Part shown: positions 15,024-22,791 of the stretch, piece after piece
How positions within the stretch are numbered: position 1 is the stretch's first letter
How the letters are laid out: every line of letters starts with the position of its first letter
NCBI GenBank assembly: GCA_963754285.1
Contig: CAVWFN010000004.1
Coordinates: forward strand, 214,151 to 238,150
Length of the DNA stretch: 24,000 nucleotides
Reading direction: 5' to 3'
DNA from: an uncultured Actinomycetota bacterium
GTDB lineage: Bacteria; Actinomycetota; Actinomycetes; Mycobacteriales; Jatrophihabitantaceae
Translations under genes and position numbers: made by a program
The notes under the pieces: generated by a model
What the model was told of the DNA's origin: nothing
The model's database searches: none
Seen by the model: only the letters and a program-made list of their open reading frames with translations

Positions 15024-17555
15024 TCACTCCAACGGGCGCCTCGCGATCGCGGCGGGTGTTCGGCTGAGCAGCCAGGCCCCGGCCGCCGCGACGATCGGCA
15101 GTCCGACGACCAGTGCCGCGAGATCGAGATACGGCGGTTGACCCAGATAGCCGACATCGCGCCAGTGCCACGCGATCAGCGCGAGGTACGCGCCGGCTGT
15201 ACCCAGGACGCCGGCCAGCAGGCCGAGGGCTCCTGCCGACGTGGCGTGCAGCGCACGTCGAGTCCGTCCACCCGCGCCGGCAGCGGTCAGCGTGCGCAGG
15301 TCCTGGGTCGTTTCGCTGCGGATCAGCCCGAGCGTCATCGCGAGCACACCGAGTGCGACGAGCAGGCCGGTGAGCGTCGAGTAGTCGCGCAGCTTGCTCA
15401 GGCTGTGGTCGGGCGACGTCCGCGTCTCGATCGTGATTCCCGACGCCGCGGCGCGGTTGCGTGCGTTCGTGATCTGCGCCGTTGTCAGCGCGCCGGAGGT
15501 CTGGATGAGCCAGCCGACCGGTTCGGCAGTGAACCGTCCGGCGCGCATCCCGGCCGCAGTGATCAACGTGTTCGGCGCCGAGGTGTACACGGGCAGCTTG
15601 CTCGAGTGCTGCACGGTGACCGACGTGAACGTGCGCCCGATTGCCGAACCGAGTTCGGCGTTGCTCAGACCCGACCTCGAGGTCACGATGTCGGCGCCGC
15701 TGCTGATGTCGGCCGGGGAGATTCCGTAGAACCGGAGCACCGCGGAATTGACCACCAGGGGGACGGTGATCTGCATGAATCCGCTGTGCCCGTTCTCGGT
15801 GATCGGGTGGACGAGGCTCACCTGCACCGATCCCGGCGGGGCTCCGGCCGGGGCGGGCGTGGTCAGGTCGTCGGCACCGTCGAGTTGCACCGTCGTGGAG
15901 CTGCCGAGGTCATGCGCGATCGCGGTCGCCACGCCCCGAGCAGCGGTCACAAGGCGCGCGTTCGGCACAGCCGGGTTGCCGGTTTGGCCGCTGGTGGGCG
16001 CTGCGGCAACGGCCGGGCCGTTCTGAGCGTTCGGGTCGCTGAGCCAGACGATGAGCTGGTTGTCCGGCAGATTTCCGGCGGACGAAGACCGGTCGTTGGA
16101 TTGAGTCGCGGCCGCAGTGATCGCGATGGTGGCGGCGATCCCCACAGCAAGGCTCGCCGCGGCGAGCGCCGCGCCCGAGCGGGCTTGGTACCGAGCCAGA
16201 TCACGCAAGGCGAGCCGGACGGCGACCGGTGCGCGGCCGGCAAGCGCGGCCAGCCCCCGGATGCCGAGGGGCGCCAGCAACAGCATCCCGGCCGTCGTGG
16301 CGACGATCCCGCCGACGATCAGGGCGGTGCGCTGCGTGTGCGCGAGAACGAGGCAGACGAAGCCGCCGGCGGCCAGCACCGTCCCGAGCAGCGCGAACCG
16401 ATGCGCGGGTTGCGGTGGGGCAGGTCGGCCCGACAATGCCGACACGATCGGGATCCGCGCAACGCCGCGCGCCGGCCACCACGACGCGACGATCGAGGTC
16501 ACGACGGCGAGCACCCCGGCAGCGAACACCGCCCACCAGGGGAGGTCGAATTCGTCGTACCGGTGCCCGACGACGTTCTCGAACGCCGGGGTGAGGGCCA
16601 GCCAAACGCCGAGGCCGAGGACGACGCCTGCGCCTGCGCCGACGACGCCGACAGCGGCGCCGTTGGCAAGCATCACCCGTCGGACCTGCCGATCGGTCGC
16701 GCCGATCGCGCCGATCATGCCGAGGGCCCGCAGTCTGCGCTGAGCCATCACGGTGAACCCGGCGACGGACAGCAATCCGACGAAAATGAGCCCGATCGTC
16801 GCGAGCAGCAGCACGGCGAGAGCCTGGTTGCGATGCTCCTGCGCAGAGGTGGCGCCGGAGGACGCGATCGACTGGATCGTCCCGGACGGCAGGTGATACG
16901 AGTCGAGTGCGCCCGGATCGGCGTTGAAGAACAGCGACAGGGCGCTCGGTCGAGTGATCGCGCCGGGCGCGACGAGGCCGAACCCGTCCTGCAGGTTCGC
17001 GGGGTCTTCGACCGTGCCGACGACCCGCAACGGCCGGCCGTCGACCGTCCACGTCGCGCCGATCTTCACGTTCAGCACCTGGGCGACCGCGCTCGTGACC
17101 GCGACTTCGCCCGGCCCGGTGGGGTAGCGACCCGACACCAGACTCAGCATCGGCGCGCTGAACGCACCATGCGGATCCTGGGCACGAAGGTCGATCGGCG
17201 TGATCGACCCCGGCACCGGCACCGCCTCGTGCACGATCGCCTCGACCGTCCCGAAGCGCTGCCGCACCGCTGCGATGTCGCGGGTGATTCCAACCGCGCC
17301 AGGACTCCCGATGTCGATGCGCGCATCGGCGTTGCCGAACATGCTTTGGTCGCGACTGTGGACGTTGACGACCAGGCCGAGTCCCACCGTGGTCATGCCG
17401 ACCGACACAACGAGCAGGATCAGCACAAGCAGTTGCTGGCGCCACTCGCGGCGCAGCATCCGCCACGCCCATCGGCGGATCGCGCGGCGCGCCGCCCCGC
17501 GCCGTCGCACCGGTTCGACCGCCTTCATCGGTGGTGGCGGCGCGAGGGTGGTCAT
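15024..17555 (-). CDS. ABC transporter permease, FtsX/MacB-like, with two FtsX domains
   Basis: ORF 15024..17708 trimmed to ATG at 17555 (MTTLAPPPPMKAVEP...), which overlaps the ATPase stop as ATGA. 843 aa with two blocks of TM helices separated by large extracytoplasmic regions; WRMLRREWRQQLLVLILLVV is a typical FtsX N-terminus. Confidence 0.9.
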   Translation of the reverse strand: MTTLAPPPPMKAVEPVRRRGAARRAIRRWAWRMLRREWRQQLLVLILLVVSVGMTTVGLGLVVNVHSRDQSMFGNADARIDIGSPGAVGITRDIAAVRQRFGTVEAIVHEAVPVPGSITPIDLRAQDPHGAFSAPMLSLVSGRYPTGPGEVAVTSAVAQVLNVKIGATWTVDGRPLRVVGTVEDPANLQDGFGLVAPGAITRPSALSLFFNADPGALDSYHLPSGTIQSIASSGATSAQEHRNQALAVLLLATIGLIFVGLLSVAGFTVMAQRRLRALGMIGAIGATDRQVRRVMLANGAAVGVVGAGAGVVLGLGVWLALTPAFENVVGHRYDEFDLPWWAVFAAGVLAVVTSIVASWWPARGVARIPIVSALSGRPAPPQPAHRFALLGTVLAAGGFVCLVLAHTQRTALIVGGIVATTAGMLLLAPLGIRGLAALAGRAPVAVRLALRDLARYQARSGAALAAASLAVGIAATIAITAAATQSNDRSSSAGNLPDNQLIVWLSDPNAQNGPAVAAAPTSGQTGNPAVPNARLVTAARGVATAIAHDLGSSTTVQLDGADDLTTPAPAGAPPGSVQVSLVHPITENGHSGFMQITVPLVVNSAVLRFYGISPADISSGADIVTSRSGLSNAELGSAIGRTFTSVTVQHSSKLPVYTSAPNTLITAAGMRAGRFTAEPVGWLIQTSGALTTAQITNARNRAAASGITIETRTSPDHSLSKLRDYSTLTGLLVALGVLAMTLGLIRSETTQDLRTLTAAGAGGRTRRALHATSAGALGLLAGVLGTAGAYLALIAWHWRDVGYLGQPPYLDLAALVVGLPIVAAAGAWLLSRTPAAIARRPLE

Positions 17556-18274
17556 CGCGACGCGTCCGCGTCCAGCAACGACTCGGGGCCGGCGGCAGGT
17601 GCCGTCTGGTCGACGATGCGTCCGTCGCGCAGGAAGACGACGCGGTCGGCCCACGAGGCGAGCTGCGCGTCGTGCGTGACGACGACGCCGGCGACGCCGC
17701 CTTGGCACGTCTGGCGCACCAATCGCATGACTGCTTCGCCGTTGACCGAGTCGAGGGCGCCGGACGGTTCGTCGGCGAGCAACAGGTGACGGTCACCCAC
17801 GATCGCGCGGGCGATGGCGACGCGTTGGCGTTCGCCGCCGGAGAGTTGGTCGGGGAACCATTCGGCGCGGTCGGACAGGCCGAGCCGCTCGAGAGCATCG
17901 AGGGCGACGGTCTTGGCGTCGCGTGCGGCCGTGCCGTCCAGTTCGAGCGGGAGTGACACGTTCTCGGCGGCGGTCAACCCGGCGAGCAGGTTGAAGTCCT
18001 GGAACACGTAACCGATCGAGCGGCGTCGCAGGGCCGCACGTTGGTTGCGCGAGAGCCGTGCGAGTGACACGTCGCCGACAGTGACCTCGCCGTCCGTCGG
18101 CTCCTCGAGGCTGCCGGCGATCGTGAGCAGCGTGCTCTTGCCCGATCCGCTGGGACCCATCACCGCGACGAGCTCGCCCGGCTCGACGCTCAGGTCGACC
18201 TCGCGCAGTGCGTGCACCTGCGTTGCGCCCGTGCCGTAGAGCTTGCTGACCTTGGCCAGCCGCAGCGCGGTCAT
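17552..18274 (-). CDS. ABC transporter ATP-binding protein (MacB/LolD-like)
   Basis: ORF 17552..18556 trimmed to ATG at 18274 (MTALRLAKVSKLYG). Walker A GPSGSGKST, Q-loop, signature LSGGERQRVAIARA, Walker B LLLADEPSGALD, H-loop VVVTHD. Confidence 0.95.
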   Translation of the reverse strand: MTALRLAKVSKLYGTGATQVHALREVDLSVEPGELVAVMGPSGSGKSTLLTIAGSLEEPTDGEVTVGDVSLARLSRNQRAALRRRSIGYVFQDFNLLAGLTAAENVSLPLELDGTAARDAKTVALDALERLGLSDRAEWFPDQLSGGERQRVAIARAIVGDRHLLLADEPSGALDSVNGEAVMRLVRQTCQGGVAGVVVTHDAQLASWADRVVFLRDGRIVDQTAPAAGPESLLDADASR

Positions 18275-18881
18275 CGGTGCGCCCTGCGCCTCTCGCGCGC
18301 GTTGGCCGGGCCGGACGCGGAGCGGGCTTTCGTCGGCTTCGGCGACATCCGGCGCAGTCGCGCGTCGGCCGCGTCGAGCCAGCGGATCACCGAGTCGAGC
18401 CGGAACAACTCGGCGTCGAGCACGAGCGAGAGGCTGACACCCTCCGCGGCGTCGGCGGAGCTGCCGGTGCGACGTCTCGTTTGACCCGCGTCCATTCCTG
18501 CATCTGCTCGACCACATGGCGGCGGTGCGCCTGGATGACGTCGGCGACATCGACACCGGGCACCTCGATCGCGACGAGAACCTTGATCACGAGTTCGTCG
18601 CGAGGCGGCGCGTCGACATCGGGCGGGGTGCGCAGCCAGGTGTCGAGCTCGCTCGCACCGTCGCCGGTGAGCCGGAACGATTTCTGCGGCCCGGCCTCGT
18701 CGCCATCACCGCCGTCGGACTCGATCAGCCCATCGCGTTCTAGCCGCTGCAAGGTCGTGTAGACCTGCCCGACGTTGAGCGGCCACACCTCGCCGGTGCG
18801 CTGCTCGAACTCGTCGCGCAGCTGCAGGCCGTACTTCGGGCCTTCGCTCAGCAGCGCCAGCAGTGCGTGTCGAACGCTCAT
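18271..18881 (-). pseudogene. PadR-family transcriptional regulator; frame interrupted once (-1) near 18460-18490
   Basis: ATG at 18881: MSVRHALLALLSEGPKYGLQLRDEFEQRTGEVWPLNVGQVYTTLQRLERDGLI (PadR winged helix). The expected C-terminal domain (GSSADAAEGVSLSLVLDAELFRLDSVIRWLD) is in the frame of ORF 18271..18495, whose TGA overlaps the ATPase ATG as ATGA. The span is 611 nt = 3n-1. Confidence 0.8.
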
Positions 18882-18884
18882 CGG

Positions 18885-18937
18885 CCGTCTCCATCCCGTG
18901 GTATACCCGGTATATATACCACGTATTATGGAGACGG
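18885..18937 (-). promoter_or_regulatory. Nested palindromes upstream of padR (putative PadR operator; the outer repeat may also terminate the upstream gene)
   Basis: Outer perfect 10-bp inverted repeat: ccgtctccat (18885-18894) / atggagacgg (18928-18937). Inner repeat: cgtggtata (18897-18905) / tataccacg (18915-18923). Perfect palindrome ggtatatatacc (18909-18920). The AT-rich core sits 4-57 nt upstream of the padR ATG. Confidence 0.5.
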
Positions 18938-18948
18938 AACAGCTGCGT

Positions 18949-19647
18949 TCACAGAACGAAGCAGGCGATGGCAACGTAGTGGCACGCAGCGGCCGCAGTG
19001 ACATAGCCGTGGAACACCTCGTGGTATCCGAAGACCGCAGGATCCGGATCGGGTCGTCGGCGGTGGTAGCTGACGGCACCAACCGTGTACAGCACCCCGC
19101 CGATCAGGAGCAGCACGGCCGGCGCGACACCGGCGTGCAGCCATACGGCGGGCACGGCCAGCCCGCCCGCCCAGCCCAAGCCCACATAGATCAGGCCGAC
19201 GAGTCTCTCCGGGGCGCTCATCCAGGTCAGGCGCACGATCGCGGCGAGCAGCGCAGCGCTCCATAACAGCGACAGGTCGACGATCATCACAGTGCCGTGG
19301 AGGCACAGAACCACCGCCGGCGTCGCCGTCCCCGCGATCAAGTAGATGATCATGAAGTGATCCAGCTTCTGCAGGCGACGCGACGCGACCGGCCCCCACG
19401 TGCCGCGGTGATAAAGCGCGCTCGCGCCGAACAGTCCGACGACCGCGCCGGCGTAGATCGCGGCGAGCGTTGCATGCAATGCTCCGCGCGCGTCGACGAT
19501 GACCAGAGTGCCGACCACCAGGGCCACCTCGAGACTGATCAGGTGTGCCCACCCGCGCAGGCGCGGCTTGTCGTAGCTCAGGTCACGACGCGCGTCGAAC
19601 AGCGAAGGGCGCCCGAGCGGCTCCGTCGGAGCACTGTTCGCGGCCAT
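18949..19647 (-). CDS. Hemolysin III / PAQR-family membrane protein
   Basis: ORF 18949..19665, with ATG at 19647 preferred. 7 TM segments; SALYHRGTW, LDHFMIYLIAGT-like LDHFMIIYLIAGTATP, and C-terminal FGYHEVFH are characteristic motifs. Confidence 0.9.
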   Translation of the reverse strand: MAANSAPTEPLGRPSLFDARRDLSYDKPRLRGWAHLISLEVALVVGTLVIVDARGALHATLAAIYAGAVVGLFGASALYHRGTWGPVASRRLQKLDHFMIIYLIAGTATPAVVLCLHGTVMIVDLSLLWSAALLAAIVRLTWMSAPERLVGLIYVGLGWAGGLAVPAVWLHAGVAPAVLLLIGGVLYTVGAVSYHRRRPDPDPAVFGYHEVFHGYVTAAAACHYVAIACFVL

Positions 19648-19822
19648 GCGTACCCGCCCAGACAACCTCGGTCACCGGCATTCCCGACAGGGCGGCCGGT
19701 TGGCCAAGGAGTCCGCGTGCGGCGGGAACTCCGTCCTCAGGAGGCTGTATCCCAGCGCGTCAACTTTCCCATTCGAGACGTCGGTCGTCCAGCACGGCGA
19801 ATGCCGCTCACAGGTGTCTGCG

Positions 19823-20596
19823 TCAGATGGACTGGTCCGGCCGCTGCGCGGCGCGTGCGAGCGACGCGATGTCGGCGACGATCGCCGGGCGGGCCGCCGC
19901 GTCGGACATCAGCGTTCGCGCCAGCTGAGTCAGATGGGTGCCGGAGTCGCGTGCGTACATGCGGAGCAATCGAAACGCGTCGGCGACGGTAACGCCCAGC
20001 CGCTGCCGGAGCAGACCCTTGGCCTGCTCGACGACAATGCGGCTGGTCAGCGCGCTGCGTAGGTGCGGCAGGACTGCGTCCTTGGTCGGCGGGTGTTCTT
20101 GCACGATCGCAACGCTCGCGACGTGGGCCAGGCTGCGCCCGACTAATAGATCGGCCTCGTTCAGATCGCCCACCTCGGCGCCGAACAGTCCCAGCGCTCC
20201 GAGGACGCCGCCTGCCACTGTCATCGGCACGGCATGCACCGAGACGAACCCGGCCTCGCGAGCTGCCGGCACGAACCGCGGCCACCGATCGAGCGACGCG
20301 CTCAGGTCGGCGACGGACACCGCTGCGCCACTCGTGTAGCTGTCGCGGCAGGGTCCTTCGTCGGCCTGCAGCTCGAACAGCTCGATCTCCTGCGTCTTGT
20401 CCGAGGTGGCGGCCATCAAGCGCAACTGCCCGAGCGGGTCGGCCAGCAGCAGCCCTGCGGAACTCACATCGAGCAGTTGGGCACACCGCTCGGTCAGCTC
20501 GGTGAGCAACTCCACGACGTCGAAGTCGTGCAGCAGGCTGTCGACCAGCGTGACCACCGCATCGAGCACACGTGCTTCACGTGCGTTTTCAGTCAT
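19823..20596 (-). CDS. GAF + ANTAR domain RNA-binding antiterminator-type regulator (paralog 1)
   Basis: ORF 19823..20596 (257 aa). DFDVVELLTELTERCAQLL, EGPCRDSY (GAF), then RIVVEQAKGLLRQRLGVTVADAFRLLRMYARDSGTHLTQLARTLM (ANTAR). Confidence 0.9.
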   Translation of the reverse strand: MTENAREARVLDAVVTLVDSLLHDFDVVELLTELTERCAQLLDVSSAGLLLADPLGQLRLMAATSDKTQEIELFELQADEGPCRDSYTSGAAVSVADLSASLDRWPRFVPAAREAGFVSVHAVPMTVAGGVLGALGLFGAEVGDLNEADLLVGRSLAHVASVAIVQEHPPTKDAVLPHLRSALTSRIVVEQAKGLLRQRLGVTVADAFRLLRMYARDSGTHLTQLARTLMSDAAARPAIVADIASLARAAQRPDQSI

Positions 20597-20639
20597 CGCT
20601 TACTCCGCCCCTTCCGTCGACCGGTGACGATCGAGCCGA

Positions 20640-21368
20640 TCAGCGGTCGTCATCGAACACAAGCCGGTGCTCGAGGATGTCGCGCGCAACGTCGGTCGCG
20701 CTTCGGCCCACCGAGTAGGCGTACGCGCGAAGCCGCACCAGCGCGTCCGCCGGCTCGATCTCCAGCTGCCCGACCAGCATTCCCGTGGCCTGCGCGACCT
20801 CGGACCGCGTGATCGAATTCAACTCGGTCCACGCGAAGCTGTCCGGATCGGCGATCGCGGCCTGCAGATCGCCACCGAGCAGATCCAGCAGTGGAAGTTC
20901 CGCCAGTTCGGCCGCAATCAGCGCGCCGGCGAGTTCGTCACTGCCGAGTGCACCCGGTCGGGAACGGAACAGATCCAGCGCGCCGATGTACTCACCGGCG
21001 ACAAGCACGGGCACGGCGAACACCCCATGCACACCGCGCGCCAGCATGGCCGGCCCATATATCGGCCAGCGCGTTTCCTCTGGCCGATCGGGGTCGGCGA
21101 GATCGATCACCAGGACCGGCGCTCGTATCGACACCGATTCCAGACACGGCCCCTCGCCGAGAGTGAACTGCAACTCGTCGTACGACCGTGCCTGGGCATC
21201 GCTGGCCCCCAGGGTCCCGGTATTCGATCCGTCGAACACCAAGGAGATGGCAGCGGCGTCCACCTCGAACAGGTCGACGCAGGCGGCACACAACCGGTCG
21301 GCGGCCGCGACGCCACGGCGATCGCCTACTGCGCGTACGAACGAGTCCTGTGCCGACGTCACCGGCAC
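20640..21368 (-). CDS. GAF + ANTAR domain regulator (paralog 2)
   Basis: ORF 20640..21368 (242 aa). GEGPCLESV (GAF), then SEVAQATGMLVGQLEIEPADALVRLRAYAYSVGRSATDVARDIL (ANTAR). Confidence 0.9.
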   Translation of the reverse strand: MPVTSAQDSFVRAVGDRRGVAAADRLCAACVDLFEVDAAAISLVFDGSNTGTLGASDAQARSYDELQFTLGEGPCLESVSIRAPVLVIDLADPDRPEETRWPIYGPAMLARGVHGVFAVPVLVAGEYIGALDLFRSRPGALGSDELAGALIAAELAELPLLDLLGGDLQAAIADPDSFAWTELNSITRSEVAQATGMLVGQLEIEPADALVRLRAYAYSVGRSATDVARDILEHRLVFDDDR

Positions 21369-21459
21369 GCGCCGCGCAATGTCATGTGCTCAGTGTGCGC
21401 GATGTCCAGCAGCGCACGACAGCCGCATGGTCACGCCACCGCAAAACGGTGATACTTGG

Positions 21460-22282
21460 ATGGTGACCGACTACGACGCCCAGTCCGGTCGGGACATGCC
21501 CGCCGAGCCCTTGCTGAGCGACGCGGAGGCCGAGTCGCAGGACCAGGACGTGCTTTCCGCGGTCCGGGGATTGACGGGGCTGGTCGCCGATATCGACGAC
21601 CTCGACGAGGTTCTTGTCCACATCGCGCGGTTCGCGGTGTCCTCGGTCCCAGGCGCCGAAGGCGCTGGGGTGACCCTGATCCGTGCAGCAGACGGTCCGC
21701 CGTCGGTGGTGGCGTGGGCAGTGACCGACGCCTTTGTCCGCGAGGTCGATAACCTCCAGTACGACATCTGCAAGGAAGGACCCTGTCTTACCGCGATGCA
21801 GACCGGGCGGTCGCTCATCAGCGGGTCGCTCGGCAGCGACGCCCGCTGGCCGCGCTTCGGCGGCCGGGTCGCTCGCCTACGGGTGCACTCGGCGTTGTCG
21901 CTGCCACTCGTCACCCGTGGTGAGGTGGTCGGGGCGCTCAACATCTACGCCCATGAGCGGGACGCCTTCACCGAACACGCACTCCGTCTCGGCGAGCAGT
22001 TCGCCCGGCCCGCTGCCGTATCGGTCGCCAACATCCAGCTGCTCCATGCGGCGCATACGCGCGCGATCCAACTGCAGACGGCGCTGACCAACCGTGCGGT
22101 GATCGATCAGGCGATCGGGATCATCCGCAGCAGGGCCGGTGGTACCGCGCAAGAAGGCCTTCGACAGGCTGCGGCAGATCAGCCAGGCGGAGAACGTCAA
22201 GCTCACCCTGGTCGCGCAGCGGCTCGTCGACGAGGCCGTTCGCCGAGCCCACGCGCGACACAGTCAGTCACGAGCGCGCTGA
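21460..22282 (+). pseudogene. GAF + ANTAR domain regulator (paralog 3); +1 frame interruption at ~22153-22157
   Basis: In-frame ATG at 21460 within ORF 20785..22287. DLDEVLVHIARFAV, KEGPCLTAM (GAF), RAVIDQAIGIIRSRAGGTAQE. The rest of the ANTAR helix hairpin (AFDRLRQISQAENVKLTLVAQRLVDEAVRRA...*) is read only after skipping one nucleotide in caagaaGGcc. The stop in that frame is at 22280-22282. The span is 823 nt = 3n+1. Confidence 0.8.
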
Positions 22283-22500
22283 TATGACGCCTCAGCAACG
22301 CACGCGCCTTCGACTGCTACCGCGATGCTGCGCAAGGCCTTGGCTACTGCAGCGCCAACCGCCTGTCGTGGAGCACCCAGCCGCTGTGCGACCTGATCCT
22401 GAGTCAGACCGTGCACGTAGATCATCGTGAGGGCGCGGCGCTCGAGCAGATCGAGCGCCCGGACGAGGCTTGTCCACCCATCGGATTCGTTCGTGGTCAA
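22264..22500 (-). CDS. Small sigma-70 region-4-like helix-turn-helix protein (78 aa)
   Basis: ORF 22264..22500 (TTG start). LLERRALTMIYVHGLTQDQVAQRLGAPRQAVGAAVAKALRSIA matches the region-4 pattern (xRxxLxLxxxxGLSxxEIAxxLGxxxxTVxxxxxRA). No region 2 is present upstream. Confidence 0.55.
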   Translation of the reverse strand: MTTNESDGWTSLVRALDLLERRALTMIYVHGLTQDQVAQRLGAPRQAVGAAVAKALRSIAVAVEGACVAEASYQRARD

Positions 22501-22584
22501 GGCCGAGCCTCGGGTGCGGCACTACCGGGACGCGATTGTGATGTGCCGCTGGGGCCTAACGGCACGTCCACGTTACCTCTGACG

Positions 22585-22791
22585 TCACCGAACGGCGGCG
22601 ACGACGGCCTGGCAGATGCAGCGTCTGGTCAGCGCATTGGTCTGGGACGCGTCGCAGTAGCGCCGGCTGATGACGTCATGGCCATCCATCTCATGCTCGC
22701 AGACCAGACAGACCGGCCGTCGCGCGCTGCCGACGCGGCTGTCGAGGTACACGAATTCCTTCACGTCGACGCCGGCGACGCCGCTGGTCAT
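22585..22791 (-). CDS. Cys-rich small protein (68 aa), translationally coupled to the DUF5994 gene
   Basis: MTSGVAGVDVKEFVYLDSRVGSARRPVCLVCEHEMDGHDVISRRYCDASQTNALTRRCICQAVVAAVR. CxxC...H...H...C...CxC spacing. Its ATG (22791-22789) overlaps the DUF5994 TGA (22790-22788) as ATGA. This is the C-terminal part of track ORF 22585..23160. Confidence 0.45.
   Translation of the reverse strand: MTSGVAGVDVKEFVYLDSRVGSARRPVCLVCEHEMDGHDVISRRYCDASQTNALTRRCICQAVVAAVR

Noticed and set aside
15138-17898. ORFs 15138..17789 (+, 883 aa) and 16201..17898 (-, 565 aa)
   Set aside because: They are shadow frames of the FtsX permease and ATPase genes. They are extreme Arg/Asp/Gly content with no TM segments or motifs.
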